Program-made: the position numbers and the translations under genes
IMG/VR virus record: IMGVR_UViG_3300032516_000007
Coordinates: 1 to 64,000 of that record
Length of the DNA: 64,000 bases
Direction: 5' to 3' (one strand)
DNA from: a virus
Shown: positions 37,528 through 45,103 of the stretch, piece after piece
Position numbering within the stretch: the first letter of the stretch is position 1
How the letters are laid out: every line of letters starts with the position of its first letter
The notes under the pieces: model-generated
The model's input: the letters and a program-made list of their open reading frames with translations, nothing else
The model's database searches: none
What the model was told of the DNA's origin: nothing

Positions 37528-37912
37528 AGGAGTTTGGTCATTCCTGGTTCACTGCGGGTCAGGCCAAGATGACCAAGAGTCAGTTGAAGGAGCTGGAGGC
37601 GAAGGGTTATTTGGACTCATCGAAGTCCACTGGACCGACCAACTTTCGAGTCAAGATTGGGGGGTGATCTACCTCCGACAGATGACTCGACGTAGAGCTG
37701 GCCACCTTTGGGATTTCTTGGTTCTAGAATCACCGTATACAACACCGTGGAAGAAGCTGGATGAGTTCTTTTCCTATGGGTTCCCACGAACTTAACTCAA
37801 CCTGGTTAAGATGGGGAGCGATATAGTAGACGCTATCTTGGCTATAACGTAGATGGGGAGAACCCCCATGCCATTGACTACCATGCCAACAAGATCGAAA
37901 GGGAGAAAGTAA

Positions 37913-38119
37913 ATGGCACAGATGCTAGTTGTTGTGTCCAAGGTCAAGGCAATGGGGAAGGCAGTTGATTTTCGTATCTCGCTGGAGTTTTGTGAGAGGC
38001 TGAGTGAGAAGCTGGGGGACATTGTGATTGCGGCTGTCAAGATTGCACATGCTGATGGGAGGGGGACCGTGAAGGCACGGGACATGCCTATCATCACTTT
38101 GGAGTCCAAGGAGGAGTGA
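37913..38119 (+). CDS. Bacterial-type histone-fold protein (Bd0055-like)
   Basis: LVVVSKVK...LS.KL....A...A.ADGRGTVKARD, with the histone-fold R-x-T-V-x-x-x-D signature. Confidence 0.85.
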   Translation: MAQMLVVVSKVKAMGKAVDFRISLEFCERLSEKLGDIVIAAVKIAHADGRGTVKARDMPIITLESKEE

Positions 38120-38120
38120 C

Positions 38121-38615
38121 ATGACCAAGCCCAAGGCTAAGTCCAAGAAGTTGAATCCCTGGAAATCCTTCGATAAGGCTCTCGAGATCAAGAAGGAGCC
38201 TGAGAAGGTGCTGACTAAGGAGGAGAAGGTTGAGGTCAAGAGGTTGGAAGTAGAGATCAAGATCCTGGTAAAGGAGAGGAAGAAGATCGTGAAACAGGAG
38301 GATGATCTGTGCTCTAGGTCATACCAACTGGAGGAGGAAGGTCCCAACTATGAAATATCGGATGCGATCATCAATGACATGAGAGAGATTCCCAGGGTGA
38401 GCAAGCAGGTAGGAATTGATCCCCGTCGATATATCGAGGCGTGCAAGCTCTACCTCAAAGCCTGGAAGGATCTGGACAAGAAGTTCGCTGCGGCGAAGAA
38501 GAAGGTAGACGAAGAAATAGAGAAGGTTCAGGAAAAGAAAGATAGTCAAGATGCCGTGATCGATGATCTCAAGGAGAAGCGTCAAGAGCTGAAGCCGAGT
38601 CCGTCCTTTTTCTAG
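38121..38615 (+). CDS. Coiled-coil protein
   Basis: K/E-rich; GGAGGAG RBS. Confidence 0.6.
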   Translation: MTKPKAKSKKLNPWKSFDKALEIKKEPEKVLTKEEKVEVKRLEVEIKILVKERKKIVKQEDDLCSRSYQLEEEGPNYEISDAIINDMREIPRVSKQVGIDPRRYIEACKLYLKAWKDLDKKFAAAKKKVDEEIEKVQEKKDSQDAVIDDLKEKRQELKPSPSFF

Positions 38616-38637
38616 GATCGGAGAAGAAGGAAAAGCA

Positions 38638-38901
38638 ATGGCTCTGAAAGTCTACTTTGCCTACTTGAAGCATGTGAGAAATCCTACGAAGGATGACGTG
38701 ATCAAGATCAAGTCTAAGTCGAGGACTCAGGCTGAGGAAATTGCAGAGCGAGAGGCCCATAAGAGGGAGTGGCAATTCATTGGTGCTCCCAAGGAGTACA
38801 CGATAGAGAGGATCATGAATCGAAAGCAACTCATGAGGTTTGATCTTAGGTGGCATAAATACTTGTGGCAAGCTCATGCGTACACATCTTTGGGGAGGTA
38901 G
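38638..38901 (+). CDS. Hypothetical protein
   Basis: AAGGA RBS. Confidence 0.55.
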   Translation: MALKVYFAYLKHVRNPTKDDVIKIKSKSRTQAEEIAEREAHKREWQFIGAPKEYTIERIMNRKQLMRFDLRWHKYLWQAHAYTSLGR

Positions 38902-38902
38902 A

Positions 38903-39073
38903 ATGGAACAAAATCACATTGAATATCTGGATGAGTTTGAGGATGGGGGGAGAGCGGGGTGGAGGGGCCTCGGGTGGTATTTCTGGGATGAGACTGAAGC
39001 TTATTGCTATGGTCCATTTCAGGATCGAGTTCTAGCGGAAGAAGCTTTGAAGAAGTACATTGAGACTCTATGA
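38903..39073 (+). CDS. Small protein with GWYFWDE...YGPF motif
   Basis: GGAGG RBS. Confidence 0.55.
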   Translation: MEQNHIEYLDEFEDGGRAGWRGLGWYFWDETEAYCYGPFQDRVLAEEALKKYIETL

Positions 39074-39408
39074 TCTGCCTTCGATGTGGGTACTGTTGTC
39101 AGAATTTGGCAGTGGTTCTTCCCGATGGGACGATCCATATGGGAGGGGGAGAAGACTGCAAGTTCCTGGAGTGGAAAGATGGCAAGGCAATTTGCACAGT
39201 TCATGGGAAGACATCGGTGATCAAAGATGAAGAAGGATTCGTCCATAGAACATCCTGGAAAAGGACTCCTTGTGGAAGTCATGGCCAGATCGAGCATCGA
39301 AACACCCACTGCCGAATGGGAGTCTATGTCCGAAAGAGGAGAGAAAGGGAGGGCAGCGATGTTCAACATGGTGAAGGTTTTCTCAGTGACCAAAGCAAGG
39401 GATCGTGA
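39070..39408 (+). CDS. YkgJ-like Cys-cluster protein
   Basis: CLRCGYCC, CKFL, CTVH. Confidence 0.65.
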   Translation: MICLRCGYCCQNLAVVLPDGTIHMGGGEDCKFLEWKDGKAICTVHGKTSVIKDEEGFVHRTSWKRTPCGSHGQIEHRNTHCRMGVYVRKRREREGSDVQHGEGFLSDQSKGS

Positions 39409-39535
39409 GGGTCTTGGTGAGAGGGTCACTGAGTTCCTTCAGTCATTCGAGGGTACATTGGTGAATCATGAGGTCAGACAGTCGTCTGATAACGAGTTTC
39501 ATTGTCTTACCATCATTCTTTTTTTGAAGGTGTGA
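39359..39535 (+). CDS. Small protein resembling a myxobacterial conserved family
   Basis: VKVFS.TKARDRE.LGE.VT...QSSD.EFHCL; family link is from recall only. Confidence 0.55.
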   Translation: MFNMVKVFSVTKARDREGLGERVTEFLQSFEGTLVNHEVRQSSDNEFHCLTIILFLKV

Positions 39536-39538
39536 GTC

Positions 39539-39781
39539 ATGGTCAATCCCTACGATGCGAAACGGTGGCATGAGATCACTGACTCTTCAATGATCAAGTC
39601 TGTTGGTTCTAGAGGTAAGGACTTGATCGTGGAGTTTCACTCTGGTGACTTCTATGCTTATCCAGGGTTGGCTGATGAAGTAGACTCCTTGCTTGCTGCT
39701 GAATCGGTGGGTAAGTATTTCCATCAGCAGATTCGACATCAACCATGTCTGAAGTTGGGATTGGAGTGGCCCGATGAGTAA
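39539..39781 (+). CDS. KTSC domain protein
   Basis: SSMIKSVG...L.VEF.SG..Y.Y...LLAAESVGKYF. Confidence 0.85.
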   Translation: MVNPYDAKRWHEITDSSMIKSVGSRGKDLIVEFHSGDFYAYPGLADEVDSLLAAESVGKYFHQQIRHQPCLKLGLEWPDE

Positions 39782-40058
39782 CGGAAACGGTGCGGGTCAG
39801 AGGTTGGTAGAAGATCAGAATCCCTTTATGATGGTGGATGAGTTACTTCAGGAGATCAGTCAGAAATTTCCTAGAATGGACTATTCTGATGTGGTGATGG
39901 CTTTGATGGCTGGGGCTGCCCGTCTCTCACTTCAGTTTGGTGACTCCCTGGAGTTGTTCAAGGCTCAGAGTGTTGTTGCCTATGAGAAGATGGGCAAGAT
40001 CATCTGTCATTCTGCGACAATTGCTGAGATGCCAGAGATCAAAATAGATGAGGAGTAG
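39774..40058 (+). CDS. Hypothetical protein
   Basis: ORF in operon. Confidence 0.55.
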   Translation: MSNGNGAGQRLVEDQNPFMMVDELLQEISQKFPRMDYSDVVMALMAGAARLSLQFGDSLELFKAQSVVAYEKMGKIICHSATIAEMPEIKIDEE

Positions 40059-40060
40059 CA

Positions 40061-40285
40061 ATGGGATCGATTGAGTTCATTGATCTGACCAATGTGGATG
40101 GGAAAAATCGGGCGCTCCTCCGGGCAGCACGACAGGTGTTCGACACTGCCTACGCTGTGACAACTTCAGTTGATGGATTCCCGAGTCAGATCTTTGATAT
40201 GATAGGGAGACCCATTGCAATGGGTTGGTTCGATCAGCGGGGTAATGTTTGTTTCCGTACCCTCTCCAACGAGCCCCTCAACTAG
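40061..40285 (+). CDS. Hypothetical protein
   Basis: GAGGAG RBS. Confidence 0.55.
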   Translation: MGSIEFIDLTNVDGKNRALLRAARQVFDTAYAVTTSVDGFPSQIFDMIGRPIAMGWFDQRGNVCFRTLSNEPLN

Positions 40286-40286
40286 G

Positions 40287-40316
40287 TTGCATTCTGTTCT
40301 AGAACCCTGGTATTCT
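40287..40316 (+). promoter_or_regulatory. Candidate sigma-70-type promoter with TTCTAGAA in the spacer
   Basis: TTGCAT-18bp-TATTCT, extended TG. Confidence 0.55.
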
Positions 40317-40325
40317 TGCCGATCA

Positions 40326-40828
40326 TGGCCAAGAGCACTGATCAAGAAAATGGCAGGAAGTCTGGGATCATCAGAGTAGCACAAGCCGTTGCGATCATCT
40401 TAGGTGCCGTTGGGACTGCGGTTGCTGCGGTTTACGGAGCCACCAAACCAACGGGCATCGAGGCTGAGGCGGTCTACCATGCCCAGAGCAAAGAGATTGT
40501 AGCTCTCCAGGAGTATGCCAAGTCTAGTTCAATTGTGATTCAGAAGGCTCGTGAAGAGTGCCTCCAGCAGTCCTCTCGAGCTGAGGCAGAAGTAGCTGCG
40601 GTGAAGACCTACGTGGCAGGTTACCTGCTGGGTCTTCAGGCTGGCACAACGAGGATTCAGGGTGAGAAGAGGGAACAAAAGGCTCTGGACGCTCTCATCG
40701 ATGCAATGGTGGTCAAGAAGAGGAGGGAGGGGAAGGAGAAAGTCCTCCCGGCTCCAGTTCCTCCTGATGTGTCTAAGTTGAAGCGTCCCTCCGACTATCA
40801 ATCGGTTATTCAGCAGAGTAAGAACTGA
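40326..40828 (+). CDS. Membrane-anchored coiled-coil protein
   Basis: N-terminal TM helix AVAIILGAVGTAVAAVY. Confidence 0.6.
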
Positions 40829-40829
40829 G

Positions 40830-41069
40830 ATGTTGTTTCCGTTCGATGATCCTATTGTTGATATCTCATTCACATGTAAACACTGTGGTCATGTTTGCTT
40901 CAACACGAATGGTCAGGTTCAAGCCTGCATGTGTTCTGGGGCTGAGCAAGGAAGAGTTGAGGACAAGGAACGGCAGAGAGCTTTCAGTCGTCAGCAGGAA
41001 TTCACTCAACCATCCTCGGTTGAGATCAGAGAGCAACGGAAATTGAGGACTGGAAAGAATCGTCACTAG
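40830..41069 (+). CDS. Small Cys protein
   Basis: CKHC, CMC. Confidence 0.5.
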   Translation: MLFPFDDPIVDISFTCKHCGHVCFNTNGQVQACMCSGAEQGRVEDKERQRAFSRQQEFTQPSSVEIREQRKLRTGKNRH

Positions 41070-41096
41070 TAGCATGGCCTGGTAAAGGAGACAGTC

Positions 41097-41906
41097 ATGA
41101 AAGTGGACGGGCTGCGGTACTTGGACAAGGATGTTGAAGAGGAGATGGAGAAGGAGAAACCGTCCAATGATCCTGCTTATTGGGCGAAGAAATCCTGCAA
41201 GCATTGCTGTGGTAGGGGAGTTATCGGAACGCAGACCACTACGATGAAGGGTAACAATACCATCTCTCAGAATATGATCTGCGTTTGCTGTAGGAAGAAC
41301 TATCGGAAGTGGCGGGAGGATTGGTTGGCGAAGAAGGATCAAGAGAAGATAGCTGCCAAGGGGACAAACGGGAGTGACAAGCCCAAGGAGCCTAGCACAG
41401 CACTGGTTGAGAGGTTGGAAAGGATTGGAGATCACATAGCTATTATGAATGCTGAGATCATTGGGTGCGATACCAGGATGAATGAGTTGCCTCAGCATTC
41501 TCAAATTGCTGCCTTCAATGAGACGATTCAACTTCTCCAGAACGAGATCATGACGACCCATGAGTCAATCAATGCCATGGTTGACAAGTGTATTGATCTG
41601 CACAATCAGGCTCAGGGTCTTCTGGAAGAGTCTCGGATGAAGACCAAGGAGGCTGTTCGAATTGAGTTAGAGGTCAAGGGAAGAAGGGACATGGAGATCC
41701 CCAAGATTCACGAGAAGATTCAGGGGATGGAACAGGCCAAGGGGGTAGCGGAGGCAGGTCTCAGTCGGGCAGAGCATCAGATTCGTCGTCGGAGGCGAGT
41801 AGCCCAGGACAAGCTGGATCGCCTGGAAGACCGCAAGTATCGACTTTTGAGGGAAGGTCAGGTAGAATCCACGCCGGATTCAGAGGACTTGTCTGAGACA
41901 GTTTGA
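41097..41906 (+). CDS. Zn-finger plus coiled-coil protein
   Basis: CKHCCGRG...CVC; long heptad region. Confidence 0.65.
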   Translation: MKVDGLRYLDKDVEEEMEKEKPSNDPAYWAKKSCKHCCGRGVIGTQTTTMKGNNTISQNMICVCCRKNYRKWREDWLAKKDQEKIAAKGTNGSDKPKEPSTALVERLERIGDHIAIMNAEIIGCDTRMNELPQHSQIAAFNETIQLLQNEIMTTHESINAMVDKCIDLHNQAQGLLEESRMKTKEAVRIELEVKGRRDMEIPKIHEKIQGMEQAKGVAEAGLSRAEHQIRRRRRVAQDKLDRLEDRKYRLLREGQVESTPDSEDLSETV

Positions 41907-41907
41907 A

Positions 41908-41944
41908 TTGACAGTTGCTTATCTACCTGTGATTCTAGAACCAA
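41908..41944 (+). promoter_or_regulatory. Candidate promoter whose -10 overlaps the palindrome
   Basis: TTGACA-17bp-GATTCT with extended TG; TGATTCTAGAACCA at 41930-41943. Confidence 0.6.
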
Positions 41945-41977
41945 CCTGATCCCTGGTGGACGATAGGAGGAAGTGTC

Positions 41978-42676
41978 ATGTCCTATAACCCCGCGCGAGC
42001 AAACGGTAGGCCAGTAGCAGCAAGTCTGAAAGCACGTCAACGACTCCCAATTCTTGGGAGTGGCATCAAACACAGTCAGATTGCCCAGAGAGAGGGTCCT
42101 CGTGGGATCAATGTGGCTGACATCCGAAACCGAGAGGAAACTGCTCGAGGTTGGAGGGTGTTGACCTTCAAGGGTGATGAGTTCGAGATGGTCTACGAGT
42201 ACATCTGTGCTCGGAATCACACAGGGCTGATCAAGAATGAAACCCAGGATCGATGTTTCCGGGTGTTGGCGGGTGTGGTTTTCGTGACCATCGGTGAGGA
42301 CACAGATCAGATTCAGACGGGGCAGGGATTCTCCATTCTCAAGGGAACGGAGTATGCTCTGGCTACAGCTGGGACGACAGATGCAGAGGTTCTGCTCTGT
42401 CAAGGTACCGACTATGATCAGAAGGTGATTCAGGTTTCTGATCCCCAGAAGGTCAGTGCCATTGCAGTTGTTTCAGAACCAGTGGCCGCTCCTCAGCGTG
42501 AGTCTCGTTCATCCAAGTCGGCAGAGCAGGCAGCCAAGATCGAATCTGACAGAACTGCACGAGAAAAGGTCAGAAGGACTCCAGTGGGTAGGAAAGAACG
42601 TGCTCCGCTAGCGTCACAGACTGTGACCGGCGTGAACCCGCGCCCAGTTGGTGCGGCTGGCTATAGTGAAGACTAA
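41978..42676 (+). CDS. Cupin-like domain protein
   Basis: FRVLAGVVFVTIG...GQGFSI.KG..Y. Confidence 0.55.
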   Translation: MSYNPARANGRPVAASLKARQRLPILGSGIKHSQIAQREGPRGINVADIRNREETARGWRVLTFKGDEFEMVYEYICARNHTGLIKNETQDRCFRVLAGVVFVTIGEDTDQIQTGQGFSILKGTEYALATAGTTDAEVLLCQGTDYDQKVIQVSDPQKVSAIAVVSEPVAAPQRESRSSKSAEQAAKIESDRTAREKVRRTPVGRKERAPLASQTVTGVNPRPVGAAGYSED

Positions 42677-42694
42677 CACCCACGGGGGTACAGC

Positions 42695-45103
42695 GTGGAC
42701 CCACGGATCTCCCGTCAGGTTGATCAGGGGCAACTCAAAAAGGGATTAGATCTCATTGGTCAGTTGATGAGGTTGTCCCTCATCAAAGCTGATGAGACCA
42801 AGGGACCCCTGCCTGGGCAGGCCAAGCTACCAGGAACAAGTCAGGAACCATTTACTTTTAAGCAGCCTGGCGGCGTTCGTCTGACTACTCGTCCGTCTTC
42901 ACCAACCAGGCCAGTAGCATCTGGACCTCAACTCAAGCTGCCAGGGCATGAACCCCATCAGTCAAATCTTCCTCAGACAGAGAAGATCACTCCCAAAGTT
43001 CTACCTGAGCCTCATGCTCCTGAGAAACGTGAGCATGAGGCTGGTCCGCTTCTGATCGGTGGTGGACAATCAAAGCAAGCAGATTGGGGAGGTCTCGAGG
43101 CAGCAGCAAAAAGGGCTCAGGCTGCTGGTCCTGCATTTAAGCAAGAATCTGGATCAAAGATTTTCACTCCTGAGGGTCGAATAGTTGATCCTTCAGGGAA
43201 AACTCCATCTCGTCAACGTTTGGGTCAAGAGACGATGATGGCTGCACCCAGATCTGCCACACCTAAGATTGTGGTTCCGGGTGCGGAAAAGCCATCGGCT
43301 GAGATCATAACTCCTGGACCTCAATCAAAACCAGGAGCGGAGATCATTAAGCCTGCTCCAACTGTTGAGCCTTCAATTGGAACAGAGGGGCGTCGTAAGG
43401 AGATGATTGGTGAGGGGCTCGAGGCTGTCAGTTCAAAGCCAGGAGAAGAACGGACAGCAGCGATGAAAAGGACAGCAGCTCTTCTTGGTTCTAGAGGAAG
43501 AGAACGAGCTGCTGAAGCCCCAGTTTCGACGGAAGCTCGTCTGGCAACTCCTCAAAGTTACTGGATGCCAGGTAAGCCAGGTAAAGATCAACCTGCTGAA
43601 GCGAAAGTTCTTGGTAAACCAGAGGGTGAGGGTGATCTTACTACTGGGGAGGGTGGTAAGGAGCCATCTGGTAAGAAGGGTGGGAAGGAACCATCCGGGC
43701 TTCCTCCTTCGGGTTGGGATCCCTTCAAGAAGCTCAGTCGGAGAAGCAAAAGAAGAGGACCAAATCTTATAGGAGGATATGGGTTTGGTCATGCTATGGG
43801 GGCTACAGCAGCGTCACCGGGAGGGGGAGCTGCCCAGCTTGGAATGTTGACTGGGAGGGCGGTTTCAACGGTTCATGGATTGCTCAATCGTCAGGGCTCT
43901 CGTTACGGATCTCGTTATGAGATGGCTCGGCTTGGTCGGGAAGGTGAGCTGACTCGTCGAGCCCAACTTGGAAGAATGCAGGGTGAGGCTGGGGGTGTCA
44001 TGACCCAAGGTTCCATGGTAAGATCATTGTTCATTAGGGTTGATGATGGAGGGAATGAGCTGGTAAAATCTAGGATCAAACCTAAGAAACCAAAGTCTCG
44101 TCTTTTTGTTTCTCTCTATTCCAATTCTGCTTTGTTTGGGCGTGGAAAGAAGGAGAAGGAAAAGGAGCCAACGGTTCAGCTTCCGACTCTCATGCCTAAG
44201 ACTTCAAAACCTCGCACCGTCACTCTTTTTGGAAAAGCCAAGGATGAGTTCATTCCTGATCCTCAGAATGAGGATATCCAGCCAGATGAGGAAGATGGTG
44301 TGGCATCTGTGTTGGTGGGCGATAGTGATCTGGTGAGCAAGGCAGCTCGAGGACCCCGACCCCGACGGAGGACCCGGCGCTTGATCTTACATCATGAGAA
44401 GAAGATGGTGGAGCATCAGAATCTCATGGTCACGAGTCCCACTGCGGAGGGTGCGAATCTTCACGCTAAGGCAATGGGCCTACACCTTCAAGCTAGGGGT
44501 AGGCATATGAGAGGGGATGCCAGAGCAGAAAAGACTAGCATAGAAGCAAATGTTGCTAGTGAGTCTGCACATAGTGGGATCAACAAGGCTGGGGCAGCTC
44601 AAGAATCAACTGGAAGGTGGACCCTCGAAGATCCAGTACAGGCCAAGCGGGAGCAAGAGCATGGTCTGTATCGTCAACCCACAGGTGTGAGTGGTGGGCC
44701 AACTCCTGATCTTCCGGAGAGAGGTAAGGATTGGCATGGTACGGTTCCTGGGGTTCCCGACGAACCTCAGGATGATGATGAGGAAGAGATTGAGGAAACT
44801 TGGGCGGCTCCAAAGCCAATTCTGGAATCAGAAAAGAAGAAGACTTCAGAGGTGAGTAAAGCACTTGCCTCCTACTGTAGAACTCAGCAAAGAGCACGGG
44901 ATGTATTGAAGTCTCTCCCTGATCTCCATATTGGCCCAGATCTCTCTCCTCGTGAGTTGGAGTTTTTGAAATCACAGGGTGTTGATGATGACGCTATCAT
45001 ACGAGGTAATCTCAGGATCACTCCTCGCATGAGAGTTGAGTTTCGACAGTTCATGACGGACAGAGTGTTCAAGTCTCTGTCTGGGTTGAGGAATCAGACA
45101 TGA
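42695..45103 (+). CDS. Large low-complexity head-module protein with many x-K-[A/S/G] motifs
   Basis: LIKA, LVKS, FGKA, VSKA, INKA, VSKA, VLKS, VFKS; directly upstream of portal. Confidence 0.65.
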   Translation: MDPRISRQVDQGQLKKGLDLIGQLMRLSLIKADETKGPLPGQAKLPGTSQEPFTFKQPGGVRLTTRPSSPTRPVASGPQLKLPGHEPHQSNLPQTEKITPKVLPEPHAPEKREHEAGPLLIGGGQSKQADWGGLEAAAKRAQAAGPAFKQESGSKIFTPEGRIVDPSGKTPSRQRLGQETMMAAPRSATPKIVVPGAEKPSAEIITPGPQSKPGAEIIKPAPTVEPSIGTEGRRKEMIGEGLEAVSSKPGEERTAAMKRTAALLGSRGRERAAEAPVSTEARLATPQSYWMPGKPGKDQPAEAKVLGKPEGEGDLTTGEGGKEPSGKKGGKEPSGLPPSGWDPFKKLSRRSKRRGPNLIGGYGFGHAMGATAASPGGGAAQLGMLTGRAVSTVHGLLNRQGSRYGSRYEMARLGREGELTRRAQLGRMQGEAGGVMTQGSMVRSLFIRVDDGGNELVKSRIKPKKPKSRLFVSLYSNSALFGRGKKEKEKEPTVQLPTLMPKTSKPRTVTLFGKAKDEFIPDPQNEDIQPDEEDGVASVLVGDSDLVSKAARGPRPRRRTRRLILHHEKKMVEHQNLMVTSPTAEGANLHAKAMGLHLQARGRHMRGDARAEKTSIEANVASESAHSGINKAGAAQESTGRWTLEDPVQAKREQEHGLYRQPTGVSGGPTPDLPERGKDWHGTVPGVPDEPQDDDEEEIEETWAAPKPILESEKKKTSEVSKALASYCRTQQRARDVLKSLPDLHIGPDLSPRELEFLKSQGVDDDAIIRGNLRITPRMRVEFRQFMTDRVFKSLSGLRNQT

